Assembly: GCA_002633005.1 (NCBI GenBank)
Contig: NMRA01000035.1
Span: 897,059 to 961,058, forward strand
Direction of reading: 5' to 3'
Length of the DNA: 64,000 nucleotides
DNA from: Phoronis australis
Lineage: Eukaryota > Animalia > Phoronida
Shown here: positions 1 to 13,100 of the stretch, piece after piece
How positions within the stretch are numbered: the first letter of the stretch is position 1
How the letters are laid out: every line of letters starts with the position of its first letter
Notes under the pieces: generated by a model
Seen by the model: the letters and a program-made list of their open reading frames with translations, nothing else
What the model was told of the DNA's origin: nothing
Databases searched by the model: none
Made by a program: the position numbers and the translations under genes

Positions 1-24
1 TCACCTATCTAGCTCACAGTAAGG

Positions 25-210
25 CGGACAAGTGAAATTTGATTTATCGTAATTTTCTACAAAAACAAAGCTTAAGAAAATGTTGACCTTTTATTAGCTT
101 GGTTTTTACTCTGTAGATGTCATAACACAACCTTTGGTGAAGCTTCTAATATTTGCACCAAGCCTTTCAAAAATGGGAAATAGCAACTTTGGCAATAATT
201 TTGGTGATGG
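25..210 (+). repeat. Diverged dispersed repeat, also present at about 56829-57015
   Basis: Shared anchors gacaagtgaaatt, tgtagatgtcataacaca and ttggcaat occur in the same order. A short inverted end-like match lies at about 1783-1802. Confidence 0.6.
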
Positions 211-922
211 TCAGATATAACGTGCCCGGGTTTTGAGAATCAGTTTTCGCACATGACCTGGAATGTGTTACGACACGACTGGTTAATAACAGCGAGTATG
301 TAATTTTTTGATATTAAATGGACAAATCACAAAGTAGTGCAACGTAGAAATCCATATGCTTTACATTTTATAATCAGCAAAACACTAAAACAACCAACCC
401 AACAATGCCGGAATTCCGAGGTGACAAGGCTATGATTGAGAAATCCGGTGACGCAACTGTACGTACTCCCAGTCAGAACGACTTGCAAACTACTTCTTAA
501 ACGAGCCATCTTCGGCCGCGAATTCCATATCCACGTTCATTCAAACGGAGACAAGCCCAACTCAAGAAACATGGCGTGACTATCTAGCTGTGCTATCTCA
601 AGGTCAATCAGTGCTCATGCGCGGGGAAGCCTTGCTGACTGTTATTTATAAATATCTTTTAAGTTTTAATATTACAACTTCAAAGACTATTTATTAGATT
701 CTAACTTGTCTTGCTATGAAAATTGAATGCAATTTACAAGTGTTAAGCTTAAAATAAAACTATTAAAAAGTAACTGAATTACTTTACATTGCACAAGCGT
801 GTTTTTACAAAAGTTGCATCGTGTGGTTGAAAGTTTTAGACACGTCGAGTTTTTCAGCAAAAAAGATCGTTTTTACGGTTCATGTGAGAAAACAAATCCT
901 ACACTCATCTCAGATTAATGAC

Positions 923-1006
923 ATGGGCAAAACCTCTTGGAAATTCTGTCAAAATCCCTCGGCAAGCCTCGGGATTTTGACGAAATTTCCAAGAGATTTT
1001 GCCCAT
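923..1006. repeat. 84-bp near-perfect hairpin/palindrome
   Basis: atgggcaaaacctcttggaaattctgtcaaaatccc ... gggattttgacgaaatttccaagagattttgcccat; arms of about 36 bp with 3 mismatches. Confidence 0.9.
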
Positions 1007-3362
1007 ACAATAAACCTGAAACTCATGTAGGATTCTCTGTTTCTCCACTGAATAACAGGGCTCAAACTGGTTCTCAAAATATGGGCACATTATATGCGAC
1101 TGTTGACATAATTTGTGTGCCAAATAAGTGGAGAATCACCCTTTGTGGCCAAACATTGAACCATGAACATAATTATGAATGATATACCAGCACAACAGCC
1201 ACCACTAATGTCAAAGGAAAGTTGTAACATATTTACCTACCAGTATGCTACAGAAGCTGTCTCTACAATCAGACTACATTCCCATTTGGTAAGCAATGTA
1301 CGGATACACGCAACAGTTTCTACACAGTGGAATCACATGTGGTCGCTACAGATTGTAAACGGTTGTTGTGAACACTCGAAACTGAAAATGTTAATTAGTC
1401 CGTACTTATGGAATACCAGATGTTCAGTCGCCAGCGTGTCCAGTATTTTGTGCCTAGACATATTCTGGAAGTCGTGACAGTGGTAAATCACCAATTTTGG
1501 TAAAAAATGATGGCCAAATTTCCCTTTATTCATTTCCCAAGAATTTCAATGCTGTAACGTGTTCAAGTTCTGTAGCAACACCATAGCTAAAAGATATTTT
1601 GAAAAATTTTGAACATTCACAACAATGATAGCAGCCACTGAAAAATGAAGGAAAAAATCAATTTGGCAACTATTTTTGTTCAAAATTAGTGAAAGTTTAC
1701 TGTTCCTGACTCCACTACCTAAAAACTGTTTTGTGTCTTTGAACATGGCGCTACATACCCATCATGGAAAGAATGAGAAAATAAAATTTCACTTGTCTGC
1801 CATATTACGTCCAAGATGGCGAGTTTTTGCCATAACTACGGCCCAGGGAATGAGGCTTTGCTATTCCGTCGATAAAATCTAACCAATTTTGAACAAAAAT
1901 AATTGCCAAAGTTGATTCTTATCCATTTTTCAAAGGCCTCTGACATTGCTGTGAATGTCCACAATTTCTCAATGATAGCTATGGTACAGAACTTAAAATA
2001 TGATTAAGCATTTTTTTGCAACTTGTCTTGGAAAAAAATACAAAATGCAACTCAACTCGTTCACCATAGAATGTCCTAAACGGGTGAGATTCTATTGTCA
2101 ATGATTATTGCAGATTTAACTACAACTCTAAATAACCAGACAAACACCATGGTAATCCAAGAGTTTCATAAACTATACAATCAGTATATTTCGGTACCAG
2201 CCTTTCATGAACGCAAACTTCGTTGAAGACACACCTCTACTTTTTAATTGACAGCTTAATACAGACTCGCTGTAGTGTCTTAACAATCTTCTTTCTTCAA
2301 TATTCATCTGTATTAAGTTGTCAAACAAAAAGTACAATCGTGTCATCGACGAAACTATACAATGTAGAAACATAACTGTTATGATAATCCCGCACGTCGT
2401 ACTTCAGAGAAAAGTTGTCCGCACTTGGGGAAGCCGTGCAAAATTGTACAAATAGCAGAAAATTTTAACTGTTTAGAAATTTTGGAACGAATGGACAAAA
2501 CTGGATACCCAATTGCACATCACCAATTAAAAAGTTTGTGCCATTTCATTATGGTAAGCTCCTATTATTCAGGGCATCCAACTGCAGACGATTATATCAT
2601 GTCAATAACCCTCATCACTTAGGTTGTTGACAAAAGATATCCAGCATCGGATTTTCATAACCTCACGCCTATTATGTAACAACAATTATTACTGAAAATC
2701 AATAGTACTAAATCAACTGCATGCTGGTCTCTTCCTTAATTCTCAGAAATTTCTACTTCAAGACTCAACAAATGCATGTAACTGTGTCTCTTTAAGGGTA
2801 AATTATCTTTTTCTGAGATGTTCTCTCAATTGACCTATCGCAAGCTCCGCCTCCATGCGAAATGTCGATAAACAAACAGTAAATTTTACCCGGCAAATGA
2901 GTTGTTTGTTGTTTGTCGGGTAAAATGGCGACTCTGAAAAGAAGGTGTGTCAAGAATGCTGCATTGCGCTTGGTCAGTTAAGCCATCACTCAAACTCCTG
3001 GCGATACGTCAATTAAATGTGTCAATATTGAATCTCTTCCATACCCTTGATTCAACTATTGATGTCGCCACCATTTTCTGCTCGTTACTTTTTATCAACA
3101 CGACTCAACTGAGTACTCAATTTAGATTTAAATATTTTTCAAATTCATATTGCATCCACATTCAGTTACAATAACCAACTTCAATAGGGCCTTCCCCGAT
3201 TACACGACACTCGAATCTCGCTGTATTTACCAACAATGCCATAAACATCCATCAGGCACATTTGCTGCCTTGTTTTTGTGCCACTCGAGTTTCACGTGTT
3301 ATTTCTTGTTTTCTGATTCTTTACAAGTTTTTCTCGGTTGTATTATTCTATTTGTCCTTCCA

Positions 3363-3500
3363 ATGCCAACGAAGTATTATTGCTGTTCTGTGGGCTGCAA
3401 CTCCAATGTGAGAAAGATTGATCAATCGAACAAATACCACAAAATGTGTGATCTGAAATTCTTAGCCTTCCCGACATCAACGAGAGACATGAAAATGTGC
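3363..3500 (+). pseudogene. THAP zinc-finger N-terminal remnant, probably from a decayed DNA transposon
   Basis: MPTKYYCCSVGCNSN...LKFLAFP fits the start of a THAP domain (MPxxCxxxGCxN...FxxFP). The downstream W and CxxHF signature is not intact. Confidence 0.45.
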
Positions 3501-3632
3501 TTGATTTCAAAATGTGCTTTTTCTATGGCCGGACGGCCCTATTTCGTAGCAGTCGCAAAAATGCATTCAAACCTGAACTATGCCTGACGGGTACAGATTT
3601 CACGGCCTTCTACTCATCACTAACAACTACTA

Positions 3633-4050
3633 ATCACTCAAGTACACATAAACTTTAACAATCTCACTCCCTGTCATGTCAGGCCCTACTCACCTAATAT
3701 TCATAGACTTAAGATCTACACATCACTCAAATATACACAAACCATAACAATCTCACTTCATGTCATATCAGGCCCTACTCACCTAATATTCATAGACTTA
3801 AGATCTACACAACACTCAAATATACACAATCCATACCAATCTCATGCCCTGTAATGTCAGGCCCTATTCACCTAAAAGCATAGATTTAAGATCTCCTACA
3901 CATCACTCAAATATACACAATCCATAACAATCTCGCACCCTCTCATGTCAGGCCCTATTCACACGTCATATTCATTGACTCAAGATCCTCAACACATCAA
4001 TCGAATATACACAATTCATAACAGTCATACACCCTCTCAAGTCAGGCCCC
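3633..4050. repeat. Minisatellite, about 89-94 bp unit, about 4.7 copies, in an OSBPL1A intron
   Basis: Unit catcactcaaatatacacaa...gtcaggccctactcacctaatattcatagacttaagatctaca; the aggccc anchor recurs at about 3681, 3770, 3859, 3950 and 4044. Confidence 0.9.
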
Positions 4051-4134
4051 TGCACCAGCCGGCTCACCTGTAGTGCATCTTGCATACAGCCCCCTGCACC
4101 AGCCGGCTCACCTGTAGTGCATCTTGCATACAGC
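4047..4134. repeat. Perfect 44-bp tandem duplication spanning an OSBPL1A exon/intron donor junction
   Basis: cccctgcaccagccggctcacctgtagtgcatcttgcatacagc occurs at 4047-4090 and 4091-4134. Confidence 0.95.
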
Positions 4135-7100
4135 CCAGAGGTATCAGGTCCTCCCACTCCTCATCCACATCAACGTTAAGGAAACGGTTTCTATGGTGGG
4201 TGCTATACGAGACGTGGTCCCGCAGGGCTACGATCCATTTCTGTAACAAAGCAGGGCAGGAATTGTTGCGTTATTTTGTTTGTCCAATTTCCCATTTTTC
4301 AAAGGAGGACAACAATCTGCAACATTTGTCAAAACTTCAACATTTGTACATACACAACAATCCATACTCACAACGAAGGACAAGTTCTCTAATACTTATT
4401 TTTGTGTGAACTATTTTGACAAAAATACCATAATGATTGCTCTTTCATGGGACAAGGGGCCAATTTCTAAAAAAATCAGCACAGATTGTTTAGTGACAGA
4501 TGTACAGCTTAACCGAAGCTAACACTGATGGTTATTTCTGTTGAGAATTTTGATAAAAACAATAATTTCTCTTTTTGTCTGTACACAAGATAAATTTCTG
4601 GGACTCTATACATCAGAAAAAAAAGAAAATTGAAAACAACCACAGTTAAACCTGCCTTTTGCCCTGTACAGCAGTCTAAAAAAATTAGTATTCCAAACAA
4701 TGGAAGTATTCTGTTTTCATTACCAGTTGGCAATAGAATCCTATTAGAGTGAGGAGTATTTTACGAGACTAGTTTTATGAGAGTGACAGGCCTAATTTGA
4801 TTTTCATGAGCCAACTAAACAGGGCGAAATGTAGCCTTAAATCACGATACATTCTTCCTTTATTGAAATATATACCTATAAGCCCAAAGTAGTGTGGCGA
4901 CCTCTTTCCACTAGTAACGAATGATTTGAGCATTGCAATCGAGTCAGAGACTGGATAAAAACAAGTGGGACACCAACTATTTCTAGATAATTCTCTAGAC
5001 ATTACATTATTTTAAACCTCACATGATAAGGCAATTAGCAACTATAAATCTGTGGTCTGTCCATGAAGCAAACTCTTCTGATTTGCACCTCTTACCCCTA
5101 TGAAATTGGTCTCAACTTACTCAGACAGGAAGTGATTTCAGAGTTTACAAAGAACTGACAGTTCGTTATTCCTTGAGACCATGCTTGGCCCATAAAACAA
5201 CACACCATGACAAGCCAACTTGAACAGTTTGGTCTCAAGCAATAACCAAGTGTCAGTTCTTTCCAGGTCCAGAAATACCCTCAAATCTGACTGAGGAACT
5301 ATTTGAGAATTTTAGAATGTTGAATGATCTAAATCAAAATATTTGTTTTTGTGATGAAATGCGAGTTAACAACGGTTTTATGAAAGTTATCAAATAATAG
5401 AATCTTGCATTCTAAATTGTCGTCAGCAGTTCTCAACCCTGCCAATTTAGGAATTCAAAGCATTCAACAGGTTCCTGGTATCAAACTAATGTCAGTTTTG
5501 ACCACAAGGACCCTACCTGTCTACTGATGGGAGTAGAGTCTACGCTGAGCGTATGCATGGTGTCGTCCGAGTACTTCACACTAAATATGAGCTCCTCATT
5601 ATGCTCCTGAAATATGAAATTATAATATATACTTCAATACAATGAGTAAGAATCTATAAAGCACGACCACCTGGAATCAGTGTAAGTAACAGGCTAAATT
5701 GCAATACTGAAAGTGGCTCTCTTCGAGTGAAACAGAATACAACCTGCTCGACAGGTATTTTTAGGGTTTGCTCGTAAAGATTTTTAATTTCTGTTGATAT
5801 CAAAACATTTTCTTTTAGTTTCAAATTAAAAAAAAAACGATCTGTCTGCTCGCCACTTGGTCGATTTTTCTCACACCAGGTAAAGCCCGTATCTTTATTT
5901 GATATGGCAAGAAATAGACCTAACACATTTCCCTCATATGTAATACGCGATCTTTTACCGCAAGCGACTTCAAGCAAGTAACTGTGGGTGCATGCACGCA
6001 TTTATCATAAGTGGAAGGGACATTAGAAACTCTGTGGTAACCACAGAGTTTTACCTTCACGTGTATTTAAAAAATCGTGGATTTTGTGATTTTATCTGGA
6101 AATTTCCTCACAGGAAAAAGTCAATTACTCTGTACTAGACGTTGCGAGATGGTACTATCGTCAGTAATTGTTTAAAAGATATTTTTAACCAGCTTTTGCG
6201 TTCCATGGCTTTTTAATACCTTCTGTTATAGAACCTCTAGAACTTCACACTTAACACGACTTCTTTTTCTACTCCAGATTAATTTAATAGCAGTTGCAGG
6301 CTTCCACACATTTCAACTTTATAGACTTATATTTCACAATCTTCTAATGCCACAGCAACCTGATAATAAAATGTTGAGTGCTTCATACTAAATATGAGCT
6401 CTTAACATTTATACTCCTGAAGCACACTTCTATATACTTTAATGACATAAATTATAAAGTGTAAGCTAGGCAAACATTACTGATGAAACCACTGAACCAT
6501 GACACGTCAAAAACTAAACCCCACACGACATAGAACAGCATTACGACACGTGACATGAATTCTTAGACCTTTCACACCAGAAGTGAAGTCACACCTCATG
6601 CTGAAACTACCATCGACATATGAAACCCAACTAGGTAAAACCTAGAAATTCCTGTAAAAGGAAACAGCCAACACGAGACAGACAATCAGCTATAGTCTTA
6701 CCAAGCTGCCGTAGCGGAGAGTACTGAGTTCTCATGAGACAATGAGTGAATGACGAGTACAGCATATGCAATAGGTTGCAGAAGTCATGCAGGTAGTGAG
6801 ACATCTGAGGGCTTCAAGCTGGATAGGTGGGGAGGATCCATGGGGAACCACCTCCAATAAATGGGGGCATGGCACACGACTAACACAAAATGATTTCACC
6901 GAATCACAAGAGTAGTTCCATAAATCCTTTCGAAAATTTGGAAGCCGACGTCTCGAACAGAAAATGAAAAAATGACCCCAATTATTTTTTGCAATTGTTT
7001 AGCTATTCGATGTTTGGTTCTCATACAGACTATACTCGCACGTCAACATTTTCCCATGGGCAAAGCTTAGAAGTGACACCTCGATAATTTCTACCTTAAA

Positions 7101-10100
7101 GCCTAACTTCAATGGAATTTTGTTATTTTAGATGTATTGGGCTAACCAGATAGTCCTAGCAAATCCTAAGAAAGATAAGAAAATGCGATTTCAATCGCAC
7201 AAATCTAAACCTGTCAAATGATAAGTGAAGCTGCCTTTTCGTGCCATGTTGCATCACCTCGAGATCCCAGCACAAACAACAAAAGGCAACAGTTGTATTG
7301 AATAGGGGTCTGAATAGTACACCATTGCGTGCAGGTGTTATTCGCAGCTGTTTGAATTAAAAGGTGATTCTTGCTGTGACGTAGACAAAAGCAAGCCAAT
7401 ATGCCTAACAGTTCGTTACATTTGGCAATTTATGGCAATAATAGACTCGGAGCATGCTCTTAACTGTAGGAACCAAATTTACTGGTACCCTTCAAGATAG
7501 GATTTAATCTCAATATCAGCATAAGGGTGATACACTACATAGTGACCCAAAACGAACCCACAAAATTTTGCATGAAATTGCGATTGTTTAATATGAAACA
7601 ACATAATTTGATGCAAACTGATTCATGAAGTTAAAACTCTATGGATAGCTCATCCACCAACTGCTGTTAATCACTGCATGTCACCTTGTTTACCTGGCTA
7701 AAAAGAATCAAATTATAATATTCCTCACCCCGATAGGATACTATTTCCAGTGCCAAAAAGAACATCGAAACCATTGATGACTCAAGAAAACACTTCAGAG
7801 TTTATTGGGGGTTGGCCAATCCTAATATTATAAATTTGAAAATGGCGCTTGTACCGAATGCATACAACTTGAGGTGCCGTCTCGTTTGACAACAATTCAA
7901 GATCGAATGAGAGTGATAATGTTTTTTAACTCCAAAGCGCTTCATTGAAGAATTCAAATAGTGCACCTAACTAGTGGTGAAATGCCTGTTGAGTCTACCA
8001 CATCTGACGAACATCAATAAAAGTAGGACTAATTAAAACTTTTATGGATTAGTTTTTGAGTTACTCTGTAAATCAAAAGTCAGAGACAGTGTACCGCAGC
8101 AAAACAAAATTCAAAACAGTAAAATTACACTTCAATTCAAAATTTGAATAACACAAAATCAGAAAGAAGGTGAAAATTTGAAAGAATTCACTAATACCAG
8201 ATGAAAGTCACCACACATCAATTCACAAGAGCAATGCAGCCTTGACACTTGCTTATCCTGCGCAATGCAAAGAGCAAAAAAAACTGGAGTAAGGGCAGCG
8301 CAACAGTGTAATAAACTTAAAATTCCCTCTAGGGAGCATAGCGCTAGCCTTTTGAAAATCTCATGTTGCTGAGTAAAGTGTTAGCCGTATCAACAATTAT
8401 TATAAAAACTACTACAACCTCCAAAGAAGTAGCTCATTGGGCAATAGTTGTATACACCGTGCCCACACTTTGACAACCAATGTGACAACCCTTCTTCAGT
8501 AGAGAAAGAGGTTCTCAAAATAAGGGTACATTACGTTGACTATTACTGCTAATTATCCAGAATGACTCACCTTTAATGAGGCATTGTCCAGGTATTTAAA
8601 GCCTTTCCTTTTCACCCCAGTCGTGGCATCAGCTCTGAAATAGACCTGTACATGTAATTTCCAGTTCTACCACAAGTCTACATATGATATGTGATTTCCG
8701 TCTCCTAAGTCACCTAGCACCCAATTTGCCACACTCATGTATCAGTGCTATGGAAAGACTTCAATGCTCTAGCCAGGATCTGATGATTGAAAGTGGTGTC
8801 CATGATGATATTGAAAGGTTTCGACTCCGCCCATATCATTTTACTACTATGGACGTAGAACAAGGCTTTTCCCTTCGGTTTCTCCACTTATTTAGCACTG
8901 ATAAGGCTGATGAGTTAAATTCCATTTCATCAAATTTCCTCACAAAAAATGAAGATTAAGAAATTTTTAATCTATTACCTTGCACTATTTGTACTGTGTA
9001 GGGTAGTACATCATAAAACAACATTTAGTGAAGTGCCCACAATTTGATGCAAAGTAATAAGTCTTTGACAAACGGATATACGACAATTTCGGCTACTATT
9101 TTTATGCTAAACAAGCAGATAATTATGGTATGAAATATTGGCGTAGGCAAAAGTTCAAATTTAAAGTTGGCGTGTCGTGAGGACAATGACACACAATGTA
9201 ACATGGTGAAATGTGTTTTTCAAGCTCGCAAAATAATTGTATAATCTTGAATTTTGATAGGATAATCTGTTATAAATATACTATTAGTCAAAGGATCCAG
9301 AAGTTATAAATAAATCTTACAGTCATGATCGTCACAAAAATGCCACGAAGACAACAAAGCATATTTTGACAAACAATGTAAACATTCAAATTTCAGAAAA
9401 AGAGCAGATGCTGCACTATTCAATGGAATTTATGTGTGACGAAGCAAAATTTACATCAAACAATCTGATGCCTTTTTAACAAGGGTCTTGTAGTCGTTTT
9501 GGTGAAAAGTTTGTTGTATAACATAGTTACAACTTTCTCAGGTAACTAAGAAAAATTAAAACACTCAAAATGTTTAATAAAGAGCAAAGAAGTGACGTTT
9601 TGATAACCGTAAATTTTATAATCATGAAGTTATGAACTTAACCGCAACAACCCTCTTAACAGTAAAACCTTCCCCTAATACACTCAACCTGATGTTATTC
9701 CTACTGAAATAAGAAACTGAGAGGGTATCCCTCCATGTTGTTTCGTTCTCCTCGTCCTAATTACCTACATAAGCCAAATATGACGTAGGAGTTGCTAAGT
9801 TACATTCATTATTTTCCTACTATTCATTTCACAAACACATCAATTGTTACCTCATTGTCATAATCACCAACATTATTATACCAATAATACAATTTACAGC
9901 ACCAACACATCAACCTATCAATGATACATCACATAAGAGGTTAGTATTTTCTGGTTAGTATTTTCTCTATATGTAATCAAACATAGTGCTCGATAATGTT
10001 TGACGCTTTCTAAAGTCGCTTTCCTATTAGGTGCAAAACTTTGCTTTTACTGAAGTTTCGGTAAGAGAGAAAGGTTAACTTCAGTAGTTAACCTGTAAGC

Positions 10101-13100
10101 GAAACTTGGCTGAAAATAGGATTTAAAAGCGAAGCTTCCGTATTCACCGAAACTTCAGTGTAGTGGGAACAGAAACGAAACTTCGCCAAAGTTATAAGCA
10201 GAGGTCGCGGCAACGATATAGGATCACGTGAGACTTGCAAAACATGTTCTTTGTTATTGTAGCGAAGCCGACGTGCTCTCAACAGACGCACGTAAATAAA
10301 TCATAAAAGAAAGCATATGTGATGAAGAATGACACTGATCATTTTCATAAACACTCGCACATGGCAGGAGAATAATTTTCAATTAACCTCGAAACCACTA
10401 CTCAATATTCATTTGAGAGTACCAATGAAATCCGACATCTGTTGTCTTAGCGATAACTTCGATATCGTCTAGTTCGCTGGAAAGCGGTTTAACCCATGAT
10501 TAAAATCCTGAGCCATGTTTGAAAAGGTCTAACACACGTTTAAACTCTAGAACAATGTCTGAGCTTTTCTTGGTTATTTTAGAAACTTTAGTGACATACT
10601 TGAGCAAGTGTAAATAATATGCAGCATATTACTGTCTCTGTGAAGAATAGGCAGAAAGAATGGGATGCAAGAACACAACATACATGGTAAAGTCTCTTCA
10701 AATTAGAAGACACGGAACGGTAAAATTTTATTTATCAATTTTTCTCAACAAGAGTAAACAAGAAGGCAGTTTTACTTGATCATCTGAAAACTTTATTTAA
10801 TACAGTAGTCATCAACAAATACATGATGAAATTTTGTGTACTTTTGGCAATACAATGAGCAGTTGAATAATTGGGTTTTTCCAGCCTGCTTTGCCTTACC
10901 TGTTCATTACTAAACGTTAAGCAAGTTGCATTCAAATTATCACAAAACTGACATTCATGAAGATTGGAATTCAGGAAGTCTAAATTGTATAAATTGTGAG
11001 TGAGCACAGGCGGTTAAAAATGAAACTATGTAAATGTCTAAGGTGTGCGTTAAACACTATAAGAAGGGTGATTATAACCGTGACTAGTAGCAGCATGGTA
11101 TGAGCCATTTTGGATTTTTCCATGAAAGTCATGAATATGTAAAATACTAGATGATTTAAGAAAGTCATGTGTTAGGACATGCTCAAAACAAACACAGACA
11201 GTAGACAGACATTCACCGCTGAAACTGTCTCCACCAAAGCACCACCTTTGCCACCAGCTCTGGCAGGTACCTCTTTTTCCTCAGAGATGCACGAAGCAGC
11301 TCAACCAAATAGACATAATCTTCCAACGGAAAACACACAACAGCATCATGCAGTCTGTAGATGACACTCATTGGAGCCTCACCATCTTAAAACGGTCACT
11401 TATTTGAAGCCTATCATCTACACACCGGAGGGTAACTGAAATGTTGGCCAACCAGTTACATTCTCTTCTTCATATGACAGAGTTCAGTCACACCAGCAGT
11501 TTTTAATAGATTCTCCATATATTCACTGTAGCAAAACATACCTAATCATCTGTATCACCAGTAATTTGAGCCCATATATTCCAAGCACCTGACCAGGTAA
11601 TGATCCAAGCCTGGTAACACAGGACAGGTTGATTACTAGTCCAATGCAGGTCTAGGTTGTCTATCTTCTACAAAGGAGTGAATGGCCCAACAATAGAGGT
11701 ACACCATTCAGTAAGGGACAGAGAGGGCTCAGCCTGAGGGGACAAAAGATGGGTCATTGAGTCAGGCAGAGTTACCTAATGCCATGACACAAGATAAAGG
11801 TTCATTTAAACCTCCTACACACTACAGACACATGCTGAAAAATTTGAAAAGTAACAGGCGCAGCACAGCAAGCAGCTCTCCTGAGCACAAAATGATGAGT
11901 TAGTCCCCACTGGTAGGCAGTCGGAACACAATTCAGATTCTCAGGACAGTGGACCCAACCCACCATTACAAACAGCTGCCTTCCCAACAGACAAGCAGCA
12001 GAATCTCCCAAACTATAGTTATATTCAAAGTTCATTTTTTGACTATGGGCATTCACTTGAAACTATACTGATCATAGTTTGAACAATGGTAACAGCTCAA
12101 AACAACCAATATAAAACAGCATGTTATCTAGCAAAAACACCTGGAAGTAAGATCAATGCAGGTGGTGGGATTTTGGCAATCTCTAATTTCAAAATTTTTG
12201 AAGACTGAGTTGTTATGGAATTCTTGAGCTTTCAGTTACGGTTTCTAATTTCATTTCGATTGCAAATACAACATCCAAACAACATCGACAGGCAGATCGC
12301 TGGCGACTGACTCAAACAATTCCCAAAAAATACCCCAATGCAATCTCAACTTATTGCTTTCCCAAGACCAGTCCAGACTAAATCACCATTCCCATTAGGT
12401 TCAAAATTCTTATTGTGGGGAAAGAATATTTAGTTCAATATCCTCAATCTGTAATGCCAAAGTCCACCAGTTACAAACAATCCGAAAATAAGACAAGAAC
12501 AGCAAAAATAACAGTCAAAGACACAAGCAAAAAGTCAGCACAAAAATAAATGAATGAGCAAGGTAGTGCGAAATGAACTCTAAGAAAACGGGAAGCTCAG
12601 TGAAGTATCAGGTAACTTAGTTTTGCCTTAAGCCCTCTATGATGTAACATGATATTACCCAGAATAAATGGTATCAATGGAATTTCAGTGACATGCCAAT
12701 ACATTGGCATGCAGAGAGCATTCCCAATGCGTGTGTTGCAATGGTGAGCTGCTAAAACCTCTGTTATCTGCAAGCTCAGACAAGTCCTTACTATCCTCAT
12801 TTCACAACAAGTGAAAACAACTGGTCATGGCTACTTGTCATCCAGGCTCAATGGTCAGTTGTAGGCGACCTATTCCATTAGCAGAGCATTTACTAATAAA
12901 ATTGAGAGATTGAGAACCAGCTGGGTTTTTCCAATGCGATAAATAACTCACAACAGTGAATAAACAAATACAACCATAGTAACAAAGCATACCGGCACAT
13001 GATTCTAGAACAACTACTATGAACAAAGAAAGACGAAACAAAATTCGACGATTACTTGTAACAAAATTGAAACTAAAACAGACGAGAGTATTACCAAACT

